From Hyaloraphidium curvatum SAG 235-1 (lineage: Eukaryota; Fungi; Monoblepharomycota), in the NCBI GenBank assembly GCA_025558095.1, contig JAIVFI010000023.1, forward strand, positions 558,001 through 622,000: a stretch of DNA of 64,000 nucleotides, in the 5' to 3' direction. Both the position numbers and the translations under genes were made by a program. Shown piece after piece: positions 23,245-36,002 of this stretch. How positions within the stretch are numbered: the stretch's first letter is position 1; each line of letters begins with the position of its first letter. The notes beneath the pieces are model-generated. The model searched no databases. It was not told where the DNA came from and saw only the letters and a program-made list of their open reading frames with translations.

Positions 23245-25732
23245 ATGGCGGACCTGTTCACGCTGATTACCGTGGGCCAAGATGTGGCGGCCGGAGAGCC
23301 GACCAGGCGAAAGAGCGCCGCGGTCAGCACGAGTGGCGCATCGAGACGGAGCGTGTCTCCGGGGAGGGTCTCGACCAGGAGCAGGAGGCTTCGCCATTGG
23401 GCGATCCTGAGGCAGGCAGTCTTGACCGGAAGAGCCCGACGTCTGCTCCTTCTCGCGGACGGCGGTGCCGCCGCAGAAACCGCAAATGGCGATTCTCGAC
23501 CGACGATTCAATTCGCTCATCCAGTTGCGAAACCGACGGTTGCCGATGCCCAACCACTGCCTGCAGCAGCTCTGCCGGGCCTGGTTCCGTTGGAACTCTT
23601 TCTCGCCAGCGGGTCGCCGCCCGCGGCGCCAGGATTCAAGCAAAAGGTCATCATGTACTCGCCCGATGGGACCCTTTCCTCGACGGCACCATACGTGCAA
23701 ACGATCCCTGCCAGTTTCGATATGGACCAGGAACCCGGGGACGACGACGACGACGATCTGCGTCCCAAAAGGAGAGCCGGGAGAGCGAGCAGCTGGAGCT
23801 CATTCTCGACCTCGTCGGACGGATCTGACGACGATACCATGACCATTAGGTCCACGACGACCTATGGGGACCTTCCTCGGCATCCAAAGGGCTGGTTCGC
23901 CGACCTTTTCGAGCACTGTCGGCCAAACTACGATACGAAGCCCTTTCCTCCTTGGAGGCAAAAGATTCGAGTGCTGATGAACGATCCATCTTCATCTCGT
24001 TTGGCCCGTGCGATCGACACCTGTAGGTACTCATGCCGTGCAGTCGCCCGCTTTTGCTTGACGATCGCGGTTTCCAGATATCTTTTCATTGATCATCGTC
24101 AGCACGATCTCGTTCGTGATCATATCCGTGCCTGTGATTCACGACAATCCCTCCCTCGCTCCCTTCTTCTTTGCCTGGGAGTGCTTTGTCTCCACGTCTT
24201 TCCTCATCGAGATCATTCTCCGCTGGATTGGGATGAAGTACTGGCGCGAGTTCTTCTCCTTGATGAATCTGGTAAAGGTGCACCATGCATTGGTTTGGTC
24301 GTAACTCACACATGGGCCCCAGATCGACGTGCTTGCCACTTTCCCCTTCTTTATCGAGCTGATTGTGGCAGCTTGCCTCGGGCACAACCTCGTCACATCT
24401 TCCATGGGTCTTGCTGGGCTCCAGGTGCTGCGAATCCTCCGCATATTCCGTGTTTTCCGGCTGTTCAAGGTCGTGCGGAAGTCGGGCAAGATGAAGCTCC
24501 TTGGCCTTGCCATGAAGGAGTCATTGGATGGGATCGCTGCTTTCTGCATGATCTTTTTCCTGGCCCTCCTGTTCACGAGCACGCTCGTGTACTATGCGGA
24601 AACATCGCAGGCCGAGTATTCGGGTGGCCAATGGATTTACACTTCAGGGTATGCGCCGGGAGCCGTCAGCCAGTTCTCCAGCATACCAGGGAGCTTTTGG
24701 TTCGGTGTCGTGTCTCTCACCACTACTGGCTACGGCGGTAAGCTTGCTTCAAGCCGCTTCCGCACCGGCGTCTTATCCTGCTCGCAGATGTATATCCGCA
24801 GACTATCGCCGGCCGAATCGTTACCATGTTCCTTCTCGTTGGAGCCCTTTTCGTGCTTGCGTTTCCGCTCACGATGATCACTTTGTCGTATGGTGAGGCG
24901 CTTGCTGGCTTCATGCAGACTCGGGCGTCCTGATGCCTGGTTTCCAGCGACTGTCGCGCGTCGAGAGCAGGCACAGAAGCTCACGAGGAGGCTGAGGAAG
25001 CACCAAGCTCGTTTGGCGAGGCAAAAGGCAAAGGAGGACGAGGCCATGCGTCGAGCCATGGAAAAGGAATCCGGCGAGAAACCTCCCTCGAGCATCCGGG
25101 GAGCAATGCGCAGGGCTTCGATCTTTGACATCGTGATGGCTGTGAAGGGAAGCGAGGCGACCAAGTCAGCTTCCTTTGCTGTGGACGAGGAGAAGGTGCA
25201 GGACGATAGCGTGTCGGCTCCGGCTCCCCAAGGGATCCTGGCAAATGCCGCGCCTGCTGGAGAGACCGCCGTTCCACCCGCGTTACCTGAGGCCTCCGCA
25301 CCAACTCCTCCACCAGAGCCAATGCCGCCTATGCGCATCAATCTTCCTGAAGTCATGAAGGCTCAATCACAGTCATTCTCATCCGAACCGACTGTCGTGT
25401 TTGGGTCTCTGGGCAAGACTTGGGACTCGAACACCGGCATTGCATCCCAGGACAGCGCTGTCGACGGAGCGTTCTACTCGCTTCCGCAACTCCCAGTGGA
25501 GAAGGCGCTGAAGCGGACCACGAAAGGCACCGACGGACGGCTTCCCGGGAACGTCCACCTCAAGGTGTTCGAGTTCGAACGGACGCATCGCGAATCCAAC
25601 CTCCACCAGGAAGACGACGATTCGGTCGACGAGGAGGTCGGGCCGGACCTGCTTTCCATCCGCGTGGCGGTTCGCAATCGCGAGCATTTCTCGAAGCTGA
25701 TGACGATCCTGGCGGAAGCGCAAGTTCTGTGA
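23245..25732 (+). CDS. Voltage-gated K+ channel (Shaker-superfamily-like, 6TM)
   Basis: DPSSSRLAR before S1, IDVLATFPFFIEL (S3), S4 LQVLRILRIFRVFRLFKVVRKS, pore FSSIPGSFWFGVVSLTTTGYG/DVYP after splicing. Confidence 0.92.
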
Positions 25733-25801
25733 TACCTTGGACACGATACTGATTGTTGCGCATCGTTGGAGTCTCTCTAATCTTGCATAGAGATGGACAT
25801 A

Positions 25802-27167
25802 TCACGCATACACATAGGTCCCAACGTCCACGGAGGTTTTGTTGGGACAAATACGAGTCCGATCGCCGAAGCCTTCGGGCTCTTCGCCCGGCCCTTCCTT
25901 TTTCCGCAGCTCCTTTCCGACCTCTTCCACCTCCCTCCAGACGCGCAGCAGATTCCCGCCCGCGATCCCGGCCACCGCTTCCTCCGACAGGCCGGCGCCG
26001 AGGAGGCCCGCGATCAGCGCGGGGAACTTCTCGACGCCCTCCAGCCCCGTCGGAGTCACGGGGATCCCGTCAAAGTCCGAGCCGAGCCCAACGTGCTGCC
26101 AGCCGACCTCCTTGGCCAGCTTGACGATGTGCGCCACCAGCGCCGACAGCGGAGCCGTGGTGTTGCACGCGTAGAACCCCGGCGAAAAGTTGACCATGAT
26201 GACAGAGTTGGTCGAAGAAACCAGGGGAAGAATCGAGTCCGGCTGGCGAAGAACGTCAGCGATGCTCGAGATCGGCATCATCCACTGTACTCACGACGTT
26301 GCGAGGAATGTCGCAGTCTTGCGATCCGGCCGAGTGCGAGAACATGACGGGGGCGCGGGTGACATGAAGGGCATCGCGTGCCGTCTTGCCCGATACGTGA
26401 GAAAGATCGACTAGCATGCCAATGCGGTTCATCTCGAGCACGGCACGCACGCCAAAGGGCGTGAGTCCGTGATGGAGGGGTGGCGGGGTCGATGAATCCG
26501 CCCAGGACGTGTGGCAGACGTGTGCCAGCGTCATGTAGCTCACTCCGAGCTCCTTAAACATCCGCAAGGCGGCCAAACTGCCATCGATGGGGTGCGCGCC
26601 CTCCATGCCGAGCATCGACGCGACCCGCCTACGCCCGTTGCGGCGGGCAAATATGTCCACCACGTCGTCCGGCGTGAACGCCAGAGCGAGGTAATCAGGG
26701 TACTTTGCCACGATGCGTTTCACGAGGTCAATTTGCTCAAGCTGGACTCTGGTCGCGTCGCTCCACTCCTTGAAGTCCGAGCACGGGACATAAACGGACC
26801 AAAACTGCGCGCCAACACGGCCCAGCAGCAGCCGTTCCAGGTCCGTTGAGTACCCGTTCGGGTCCGCCGGTCCAGCGCGCGGGGGAAGCGCGACCAGGCT
26901 GAGGTTGGCCAGAAGGTTCTTCTCCCGATACCGCAGCCGCACGGGAAAGTCATTGTGCCCGTCGATGAGCGGATGTTTGTCCAGAAGGCGATATGCCCGC
27001 TCGAGGTCCGTCAATGCCTCGGGCCGGAGTGAGGCGAGGAGCGGCGCCCAGACATGGAGCAGGATGAGCGCCGCGAGCATCGCTCCAGCAACCGCGCCAT
27101 GGCGCGTTGCCGACGCAGCACCGCTGAGCGATGCCGGGAGTTCTTCTTCTGGCCGAGTCTTCGACAT
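25802..27167 (-). CDS. Membrane dipeptidase (peptidase M19)
   Basis: N-terminal TM segment, [56 protein letters not shown]. One intron at ~26.25-26.29 kb. Confidence 0.93.
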
Positions 27168-27322
27168 TATTGGCCGTGACTCTTTGAAGGCGAGATTAGC
27201 GCGCGCCGATCACGGAGTAGTCCTACGCCAGTGCGCGCGATCGCGGTGGTGCAAGTTTAGGCTGCTCGCGTCTCCCGCGGCAGCTCTCCAGAAGGAGGCT
27301 ACGGTTCGTCGGGAAAACGACC

Positions 27323-29146
27323 ATGGCGAACCCCCTTTCGGCCGTGGCATCGCTCTCGGCGCGGGTGGACCGCGCGGTGGCATCGTCGGCGCTCTTCAGC
27401 ATGCTCAGGAACCTTCTAGTGCTCCGCTTCATCCTTGCTATCGTTGGCGCGCGTATTTGGACTGATGTCCGGCGATTCGGACCTCTGCAAGTTCTGCGCG
27501 ACCTCGTTACCTCCATCCGGGTCGCTGGCTTCGGATTGCTGCGGCGCTATGTCCCTGCGGTCGGAAAGGAGGTCGACACGGCGATTCGCACGAATGTGGA
27601 GCAGATCGACGCCGGAATGTCGCACCCGGCCGCCGCGGATGTCCATCTTGTGCTCCCGAGGAAGGGTCTCGACAGGTTAGCCGTCACCAAGATCCTGGAG
27701 CGTTACCAAGAAATGGACAAGATCGATTTCGCGGGGGGCAGAGTGACTGCTGCGGTGTTCCACGAGCGGAAGGAGCTCAAGGAGATTGGTGTGGAAGCCA
27801 TCTCGCGCTACCTCAGCGCGAATGCCCTCCATGCCGACATCTTCCAGTCCACCCGCCAAATGGAGGCCGAGATTGGTGAGAGCCAACCGCCTTCGAGCTT
27901 AGCCTTCGAGATAGCGCTAACGCGCTTGGGAGTCTCGATGACGCTCCGGTTGTTCAATGCAGGCCCTGACGGATGCGGTGTTCACACCAGCGGTGGTACC
28001 GAGTCCTTGACCATGGTGAGCCTTTTCTGCGGTCCTCTCCTGGACATTCCTCACCTGCACGATCAGGCAATCAAAGCATACCGGGACAAGGCGCGAGCGC
28101 AGCGAGGCATCACGGACCCCGAGATCATCTGCCCGTCTTCCATCCACCCCGCCGTGCCCAAAGCCTGCCACCTGTTTAACGTGCGATGTATTCGCATCCC
28201 CGTGGACGCTACGAGCAAGCGGGGCGACGTGGACGCCATGCGCCGCGCCGTGAGCCGCAACACCATCGCCATCTTCGGGTCCGCACCATCGTGGCCGTAC
28301 GGAGCCGTGGACGACTTTCCGGCGCTCGGCAAGATCGCCTTGGACGCGGGCATCGGCCTTCATGTTGATTCGTGCCTGGGCGGCTTTGTTCTCCCGTTCA
28401 TGGAGGAAGCGGGCTTCCCGATCTCGACGCCGTTCGACTTCCGAGTACCCGGAGTCACCTCCATCTCCGCCGACGTTCATAAAGCTGGTCTGGCACCGAA
28501 GGGCAACTCCGTCATCATGTACTCTCACCCATCCATCCGGCGCTACCAGTTCTTCACCCTCGTGGAATACTGCGGCGGCCTCTACGCGAGTCCCAGCTTT
28601 TCCGGGACCCGGCCGGGAATGCTGATTGCCGCGTGCTACGCGACCATGATCAGCATCGGCCGCGAAGGCTACGTGGAGGTCACGAAGTCGATCATCGAGA
28701 CCGCGAGGGAGATCAGGGAGAAAGTGTGGGTTCGATCTCGATGTCCTTCGCACGCCATGCTGATTTGCCGTCCGTCTAGCCCGACGTTGATCCCCGAAGC
28801 TGGATGGTTCGTTTTCGGCGACGCACCAGCGCACGTCGTGGCCTTCGGCGCGACGAAGGTTAACCCGCTGGCCGTGCTCGACGCCCTGGGCAAGAAAGGA
28901 TGGCAACTGGGCGGGCTCCAGGAGCCGTCCGGCCTGCAGATCGCGGTCACCACGCTCACCGTCGGCCACGTTGAGGAGCTGCTGCGCGATTTCGAGGAGT
29001 GCACCCGGCTCGTGATGACCGACCCGGAGGCGGCGAAAGGGGGCCAATGGGCGTCCATGTATGGCGCGGTGAAGAATGTTCCGGACACGAGAATCGTCGG
29101 CGAGATCGTGGAGGGATATCTTGCCGCGATGTATAAGCCTCTTTGA
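27323..29146 (+). CDS. DPL1: Sphingosine-1-phosphate lyase
   Basis: NALHADIF, TSGGTES, SIHPAVPKACH, GSAPSWPYG, LHVDSCLGGF, PFDFRVPGVTSISADVHK (PLP Lys), GGLYASP. The single ORF reads through in-frame introns. Confidence 0.92.
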   Translation: MANPLSAVASLSARVDRAVASSALFSMLRNLLVLRFILAIVGARIWTDVRRFGPLQVLRDLVTSIRVAGFGLLRRYVPAVGKEVDTAIRTNVEQIDAGMSHPAAADVHLVLPRKGLDRLAVTKILERYQEMDKIDFAGGRVTAAVFHERKELKEIGVEAISRYLSANALHADIFQSTRQMEAEIGESQPPSSLAFEIALTRLGVSMTLRLFNAGPDGCGVHTSGGTESLTMVSLFCGPLLDIPHLHDQAIKAYRDKARAQRGITDPEIICPSSIHPAVPKACHLFNVRCIRIPVDATSKRGDVDAMRRAVSRNTIAIFGSAPSWPYGAVDDFPALGKIALDAGIGLHVDSCLGGFVLPFMEEAGFPISTPFDFRVPGVTSISADVHKAGLAPKGNSVIMYSHPSIRRYQFFTLVEYCGGLYASPSFSGTRPGMLIAACYATMISIGREGYVEVTKSIIETAREIREKVWVRSRCPSHAMLICRPSSPTLIPEAGWFVFGDAPAHVVAFGATKVNPLAVLDALGKKGWQLGGLQEPSGLQIAVTTLTVGHVEELLRDFEECTRLVMTDPEAAKGGQWASMYGAVKNVPDTRIVGEIVEGYLAAMYKPL

Positions 29147-29412
29147 ATGAACTCTGTTGCAAACAGAGTCCAACTGACCTGCTCGTGTTTCTCAGACGCT
29201 GCGGGGCTTGCTCCAGAGGCTTGACCGTCTCTGAACACCCATCCGTCTGTGGCTCGAAAGGCCGTCGACATCTTGCAAGGTTGGCAGGCAACAGGGCGTC
29301 CAGAGAGCGGGGGAGCAGAAATTGGCTCGTCTCCAGCCACCAACCGTGCGGCGGGGACCGCCGCCCACAAACTTCGTTTTTCTCCTCATTCAGGCCCGCC
29401 TTTCTTGCCGAG

Positions 29413-30102
29413 ATGTCGTACGAGCAGGCTCCCCGCGCCCCCAGGGCCCCCCGCGCCGTGAGTTTCTGCGCGAAATGGGCCGTTCTGGCGGGGGAGGGAC
29501 GTGGAATGGCCCCGGGGCACCGAGTGCGAGGTGGCGGTGGCGGGGAAGCTCGCCGCCCAAACCGGGACAGGGCACGGGACGGACTTTGGCTTCGTTTGGT
29601 CTCGGAGGGCGTTTGGCGCAATCGGGCATTGCTTCAATGGAGAATGCGGCCGGCCATTCGCGATGGGAGGGTGTTTGGCGCAATCGACATTGCGTCGTTG
29701 GCGAATGGGGCCGGCCATCGCGCACGTTGCTCACCGTTCCTCCAGGAAGCGGCCCCCGGCACCAAGGTCTACGTCGGCAACCTCGCGTGGGCCACCGAGG
29801 CCGGCGCTCTCCGCCAGGAGTTCTCGCAGTGTGCGTTTCCTTCGGACTGTCGGTCTATGGCCTTTGATCCTGATCCTTTCCACGGCCCACTTGATCCTGA
29901 TCCTTCCTTCGTTCATCGATGACCAGTCGGCAACGTGACGGACTGCTTCATCCCCCGCGACCGCGAGACGGGGCGCCCGCGCGGCTTCGGCTTCGTCACC
30001 TTCGACTCCACCGACTCGGCGAATGAATCCGTCAACAAGATGAACGGCAAGGAGCTCGACGGTCGCACCCTCAGGGTCAACATCGCCCAGGACAGGAACT
30101 AA
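29413..30102 (+). CDS. Small single-RRM RNA-binding protein
   Basis: [28 protein letters not shown] (RNP2)...[13 protein letters not shown] (RNP1)...[20 protein letters not shown]. Two introns. Confidence 0.9.
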
Positions 30103-30386
30103 ATGCCGAAACTGGGGAACCGTCGCCCGATGGGCGACCGGGAGAGGGAGGATTTGCACCAAAATGACGATCTGCTTCGGCAGCCAAAAAAGCTTCTCTA
30201 TGATGCTCGCGTTAGATGTAGTAGACTGCGCTAATATTGAGCTCTGTGTTTCGTTTACTCGGCTTCGGTGGTGAACTATGTCGGGTCGACGACAGACCCA
30301 CGGCAGCGGCTGAATCGGCGTGCCGGAACCCCACCAAATCTCCACACGTCCGCCGCCGGAATCGTTCCAAGGGCGCCCCAATCGCA

Positions 30387-31367
30387 ATGTCCTACGACTA
30401 CCAGACCCTGACGCTCACGAAGCCGGAGCCCGGCATCGCGGTCATTACCCACAACCGCCCGAAGATCAAGAACGCAATGGACCCCGAAAGCTTCTATGAA
30501 TGGGCCCACGCGCTCCGCGCCGCCAACGCCGATGCCTCGGTGAACGTCATCGTGGTCACCGGATGCCCGGAGTCGAACATATTCACTTCCGGAGCACGTC
30601 TGGGCTCCGGGCCGGACCGCGAGCTCAAGCCGGAGGCCAAGGCGGTCGGCAACACGACGGAGTACTGCATCAACTGCCACATCGACAGCGCCAAGCCGCT
30701 TATTGCTGCCTGCAACGGTCCGGCAATCGGAATTGGGACCACCATCCTTGGATTGTACGACTTTGTCTACGTTCAGCCCACCACTATATTCCGGACGTAA
30801 GGATAGCTAGGAGTGGAGCGTTGGCCCAAGTTGACCTTCGTCGTCCAAGACCTTTCATGCCACTGGCCTTCGGTGCCGAGGGATGCTCGAGCCTCACCTT
30901 CCCCACTGTCATGGTCCGTTGCGGTGGCTCGGCGATCATTGTCATTCCACTCACCTTGCGTTCGCTGCCAGGGGCCTGCCCTCGCGAACAAGCTGCTCTT
31001 CCTCGACCAGACCTTCCCCGCGTCCGACTTTGTCGCCTGCGGCTTCGTCACCGATGTCATCCCGAAGGAGGGCTTCTTTGGCGAGGTGCTGAAGCGCGCC
31101 CGTGCCCTTGCGAGCATGCCGCCCGCCGCCCTGAAGGGGACGAGGGAGCTCGTGATCAAGGCACGCTGGGGCGGGAGGGACCGGCTGAAGGAGGTCAACC
31201 GCATCGAGATGGAGAACTTGGTGAGCCTACTCTGTTGCACCCCCTAGCCGGCCGCGCTCAACGAGTTGTCACAGGGGAAGCAGCTCACGGACCCGGCAAA
31301 CGCTCAATCCCGGCAAAACTACATCGCTTCGGTGATCGGAAAGGGGCCCAAGAAGGAGAAGCTGTAG
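30387..31367 (+). CDS. Enoyl-CoA hydratase/isomerase family (delta3,delta2-enoyl-CoA isomerase-like, possibly peroxisomal)
   Basis: ITHNRPKIKNAM, KPLIAACNGPAIGIGTT, PFMPLAFGAEGCSS. C-terminus ...KKEKL* resembles a PTS1 signal. Confidence 0.88.
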
Positions 31368-31399
31368 ACATCGAGGAAATGCTATCTATTGCTCCCCTT

Positions 31400-32564
31400 T
31401 CAGACCCCGCCGGGGAGGGACCACTTTGCAGAGTCGCCTGCAACAACGAGCCCAGGAACGCCCAGCTTTTCGACCACGGCGGTCCATCCTCCTGCGCTTT
31501 CCAACGCCTGCTTCGCATCCTCCTTGATATCGACCTCGAATCCGCCGTCCTCTGCGGGCTCCACATCCTTTTCGAGGGAAAGCAGCCCCTTCACCTCGCC
31601 ATCCGCCCCACGGGCGAGCACTCCGAGCCTGACTGTTACCCCCTGTCCGTCTTCGGCCCCGTCGACGAAGCCCTTGGCGACAATGTCGCCGATCTTGGTC
31701 ACGCGGCCCCACTGCAGGGAGCGCTGAGGGCCGGCGCTCCACAGGTTTTCGGGGTACGAGGTCGCAGAGCTGGCCAGCAAGGGGACGGGCGATTCGAAGT
31801 GGGCCCAGACGGTGTCGGGCCCGGCAAGGTGGCAACGCAGGGCGGAATCGGCCGCCTTGATGTCTTCGGCGCTCGGAGATCCGGAGAGGAGCTTCTCGAC
31901 GCCCGCGACGGGCATCGGAGGCTCACCGTCCATGCCGCTGTCCTCGGTGAAAAGGGCGTCGCAGCAGCCCCCGGGGCGGCGGGTGGCCAGCTTGATCAGG
32001 GTGTCGACGGCCGCCGACAGGGCTTCGAGCACCTCGCCCTCGGGTTTGGCCGACGCGATGGTCCATTCGGCGGCGTGCGACGGCTTCTCCTCCCCTTCCT
32101 CCGCCTCGGGATACGCGTCGGGGCCCGGAGGCCAGCCTGAATGAATGGCAGCGTTGAGCGATTCGGGCAGATGGGACGGGGTCGTGCCGGGGAAGGAACT
32201 CACCCTGGAGCTTCCAGTTCCGGGATCCCCACTGGACAAGCTCCGAGCTTCCCGTGCCGATGGAGAGCACCGCTTCGCAGGATGCGGGCTCGGAGTCAGC
32301 GTGGCAGTAGACGGTTCCCGTGTCGAGCTTCCACGCCCCCTTGCCCGCGCCGGAGGTGCCTTCGAAGACGGCGCGCCAGAAAAATGTGTTTGAATCCGTT
32401 CCGTTGTAGTTGTGGGCGTGATGCGTCTGGATGCAGCTCGCGAGCTCGAGCGGGGCGGACCCCGTGGCGGCTCCGACGGCGTCCAGCGCCCCGCGCGCGG
32501 CGGGGTCGGCCGACACGCGGAGCGCGCCGGCGCGGCCCAGCAACGAAAGCACGGCGTCGGACAT
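31400..32564 (-). CDS. Hypothetical protein (two exons)
   Basis: ORFs 31923-32564 and 31400-32239 are joined by a GTGAGT...CAG intron at ~32137-32202. Codon bias matches neighbouring genes. No family recognised. Confidence 0.65.
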
Positions 32565-33000
32565 CGCTCAGCGGTAACGGATGCGAGGAATGGCGGGCGG
32601 GTTTTGGCGATGCCCGCGGGTTCAGGGACCTCTCTGATGCGTTGTCCGACATCCCTCGCACCGAGAGGCTGAGCCCCAGCTGCCGCCTTTCACAGGATCA
32701 TCACGCCGTCGTACGGATATAATGAGCTGCGGATGACCCCGGCAGCAAGATTTCCTCACCACTTTGGGTCGCGGAGGAGCAGGATATCGACCAGCATCAA
32801 GCGCACGGCCCAGGGAAAGAAGGAATCCAAGCGTTCGTGGAACATCGGCCACCACGTTGGCCATTTCTTAATCCAGCGAGATGGAGGTGTAAGGCTCGGG
32901 GAGGCGGGCGGGGCAAGTCAGACGCGCTCCCTTCCCAATACTGCGGTCCTCCACCGTCGAACGCAGAAGCGACCGACACCGACACCGACGACGGAGCTCG

Positions 33001-35655
33001 ATGGCGACTCAGAGCAACGGCGCACTTGCGCCCGGAGCCTCCGAGGCCGGCGTGAAGCTCGCGGACGACCAGAACCCACCGCCGCAGTCCTCCGAGGACG
33101 CTGCCTCGGCGCTCGTCGCCCGGATGGCGAAGCACCGCAGCGTCGTCCCCCAGACGGCGCACCTGGAAGATTTCGACAAGCCGCGGCTCGTGCAGTGGCT
33201 CTACTACAACTTCCCGCGCCCGACACGGCTCCAGATCGCCCGCGTCTTCCGCGCGCTCGTCGTTGGATGGTGCGCGTTCGCCATCGCGGTCGTCCATCCG
33301 ACGGTGGTCAACATTACAGTCGTCGGCGGAATCATCTCCTTCGACACGGCCTCGGGGCAGGTCGTGGCCGTCCTTGTTAATCACTTCGTCCTCATTCTCG
33401 CCCTGGCCATCGGAGTCTGCTTCAACCTGCTCGGCCAGCTCTGGCTGTCACTGTACAACCAGGCACACCTGACGGACGCGAACCCGTACATGAGGGCGCT
33501 CATCAGCGAGATCTGGATCGTTTTTGTCGTCTGGGGGGCTTCTGCGTTTCAGTACCGCTTCCTTGGCACGCCGCTTGCTGTGTTCGGGTTGCTCTGCGTC
33601 CCCGTCATGTTCGCTTTCGTCGGTGCGGCCCCGCTCGAGGTGACGGAGAGGATCCCTTTCGTCGCTGCGCTCTTTGAAACTATGCTCCTACCGTTGGCCC
33701 TAATCGCGGCCCTGGGCTGTGGCGCCGCAATTGTTCTCCCCGAACACGACACCGAAGCGACGAGGAGCGGGTGCTTGGACGTGCTGGGAGACCTCCGCTT
33801 TCTGTTTGCTGGGGAAGCGACGACCGAGGATGCCGCGGACTTCTACTCCGGCCGGCTCCGGACCTCCCTGGCCGCCCTGGTCACATCCACAAAGGGCTGC
33901 ATGATCGACATCGGCTTTCTCCGCGATGCACCTGCACGCATGGTGCGGGTTTCGCGGGTCGTGCAGGATCTGGCCCGTTTCGTGAATGTCCGTGTGCGGA
34001 GCGCGCATGTGGCCCGGGCCTTGGACGTCGCCATGGCGGCGCTCCAGGTCGAGACCCCGGTGTGGTCGACGTCTCGATACATCTATGGCGATCGAAGGGC
34101 GGCAGAGACGTTTGCTAAGTGCCCGGCACCGCAGGACTTTGTCGAGGTCGGAGAGGAGCTGGAGAAGCGCAGGGCGGAGCTCTGCGCACAGTCTCTGACG
34201 GAGCCGCACCCCGAGGGCTCGTTCTTTGACGAGCACGATTCGGACGCTCTTTTGGAGTACCTTGCCCTCGGAGGGTGCCAAAAGCTGTTGGAAGAGCTCA
34301 AGTCGCTGGTCGAAGCCCGGCGCGGGTTGCGGTTCTTCGCCTTCGGGAATCCTGACAAGCATGTGCTTGGCAAGAAGCCGCCCAAGGCCAAGCGCGCGAC
34401 AAAGGCGCAAAGCGACAGCAAGAAGAGGGGGTTCCACTGCGGGCGCATCTTTTCGGACGTTTTGTACACCACGAACACCGTGCTTGCCTCGGATGCAACC
34501 AAGTTTGGCTTCAAGCGCGCCCTTGCCTTCTTTCTTGCCTCGGTGTGGGCTTTCCTCCCTGGCACCATGGATGCCTACTACGAGCGGAACATTCTTTGGG
34601 TTGTCATCACGGTTTTCGTGCTCATGCAACCGACGCTCGGCAGCGGCATCACAAAGAGCGTCGCGAGGCTGGGCGGGACCGGATTCGGCGTGCTCTGGTC
34701 GTATCTGGCATTCCTTGCCGCGGGCGGCGGCTCGCTCGAGTGGAACGTCAAGGTCGCCGTCCTCATGTTCATCCCCGTCAGCATCGTGGGTTACTACGTC
34801 CAGGTCACGACGACCAAGCACGTGTACGCGGGACAGCTTCTTATGCTGACCTACATGATGGTCTTCTGCGGAGGACTGTACTCGGGTTCTGGGACAGTGC
34901 AGACGGCGACGGCCGCCCTCCAACGGGCGCTGTGGATCAGCGTCGGGGCTGTCGGATGCCTCGCAGTCCAGATCCTCATCTTCCCGTTCCTGGCTCGGAC
35001 AGATGTCCGTAAGTCACATGCTGCGGTGTTGAGCGCGATCGAGGATGCGGTCCGGCAAGCAGAGTTTGGCAGCAGGCTGTCTGGAGAGGACCAGGCGAGG
35101 AACAACTTGGTTGCCATGCTGGAGACGGCGCAGCAGAAGCTCACCATGGCGAGAGCGGGTGCACTGCTGGACAGTCTCGATGAGCCCGACCTCGATCGGC
35201 CGTGGGATTCCGCCCTCATGCGCGCGATCTCGGCAACCGTGCAGAAGCTTCTTGCCCTGGCGGAGCTGATCGTGAGCCGGGCGCACGGGGTGCAGGTTCT
35301 CGCGGCTCCTGCGGAGCAGATGATATTGAAGTTGCACACGGTCGCAAAGGCCCTGCAGGACAAGCAGCCCCTCCCGCGACTTCCCCGGCTCCACGAACTC
35401 CGCTTTCCGCGGGCGATCGTGCAGGACGCAAGGTCGGCATCCGCAAGGCTGGTTGCATCCGGCGTTTTGGCTGCCGTGGGGCAGGCGATGTTTGAAGTGG
35501 ATGTGTTGGAAGAGCTGGTTGGCAGGCTGTACGGGCGAAAGTCTTTGCCGGGAGAGGACGATCGCGAGCACGACGAGTGGTATGCGTGGATACCAGTGGG
35601 AAAGACGGGCGGCGCCTTGAACCCCGAGAGCGAGAGGCTGCTTCAGGTGGTCTAG
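33001..35655 (+). CDS. FUSC/ArAE (aromatic acid exporter, ALMT-like) membrane protein
   Basis: Two hydrophobic blocks. The second has KFGFKRAL...WVVITVFVLMQPTLGSGITKSVARLGGTGFG...QILIFPFLAR, typical of FUSC-like domains. 884-aa ORF. Confidence 0.85.
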   Translation: MATQSNGALAPGASEAGVKLADDQNPPPQSSEDAASALVARMAKHRSVVPQTAHLEDFDKPRLVQWLYYNFPRPTRLQIARVFRALVVGWCAFAIAVVHPTVVNITVVGGIISFDTASGQVVAVLVNHFVLILALAIGVCFNLLGQLWLSLYNQAHLTDANPYMRALISEIWIVFVVWGASAFQYRFLGTPLAVFGLLCVPVMFAFVGAAPLEVTERIPFVAALFETMLLPLALIAALGCGAAIVLPEHDTEATRSGCLDVLGDLRFLFAGEATTEDAADFYSGRLRTSLAALVTSTKGCMIDIGFLRDAPARMVRVSRVVQDLARFVNVRVRSAHVARALDVAMAALQVETPVWSTSRYIYGDRRAAETFAKCPAPQDFVEVGEELEKRRAELCAQSLTEPHPEGSFFDEHDSDALLEYLALGGCQKLLEELKSLVEARRGLRFFAFGNPDKHVLGKKPPKAKRATKAQSDSKKRGFHCGRIFSDVLYTTNTVLASDATKFGFKRALAFFLASVWAFLPGTMDAYYERNILWVVITVFVLMQPTLGSGITKSVARLGGTGFGVLWSYLAFLAAGGGSLEWNVKVAVLMFIPVSIVGYYVQVTTTKHVYAGQLLMLTYMMVFCGGLYSGSGTVQTATAALQRALWISVGAVGCLAVQILIFPFLARTDVRKSHAAVLSAIEDAVRQAEFGSRLSGEDQARNNLVAMLETAQQKLTMARAGALLDSLDEPDLDRPWDSALMRAISATVQKLLALAELIVSRAHGVQVLAAPAEQMILKLHTVAKALQDKQPLPRLPRLHELRFPRAIVQDARSASARLVASGVLAAVGQAMFEVDVLEELVGRLYGRKSLPGEDDREHDEWYAWIPVGKTGGALNPESERLLQVV

Positions 35656-36002
35656 CGTTCCGATTCAGTTGTAACGCAGAGCGTGCCGAAGCGACTTAGC
35701 AGCGAAAGCGGCGCAGTACTTTTCGGTCCACCGAAGGGAACCTGGGACCCGGCAGCGACTGAGGAGAGGGGAAAGGGGGCTAGCAGCCACGCCACGAGAG
35801 CCAGTTCCCGTAACCCACAGCCTGTTCATGTCTATGTAGACAGATCGATAAAGCTAGCTATGCATCTGAAATCTCACGGAACGGGCCTGCGATCGCCGAC
35901 GAATGTGGTAAGCGCCGATCAATCTCCTCATCCTCCGGTCGGTGGCGCGGGAAAACATCCATCGCTCCGGGTAACCACCTTGCCTCCGGACACGCCGCAA
36001 CA

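Noticed and set aside
29586-29910. Short direct repeats in the RRM-gene introns (gtttggcgcaatcg x2; ttgatcctgatcctt x2)
   Set aside because: Only two copies each, within introns. Not a CRISPR array and no evident function.
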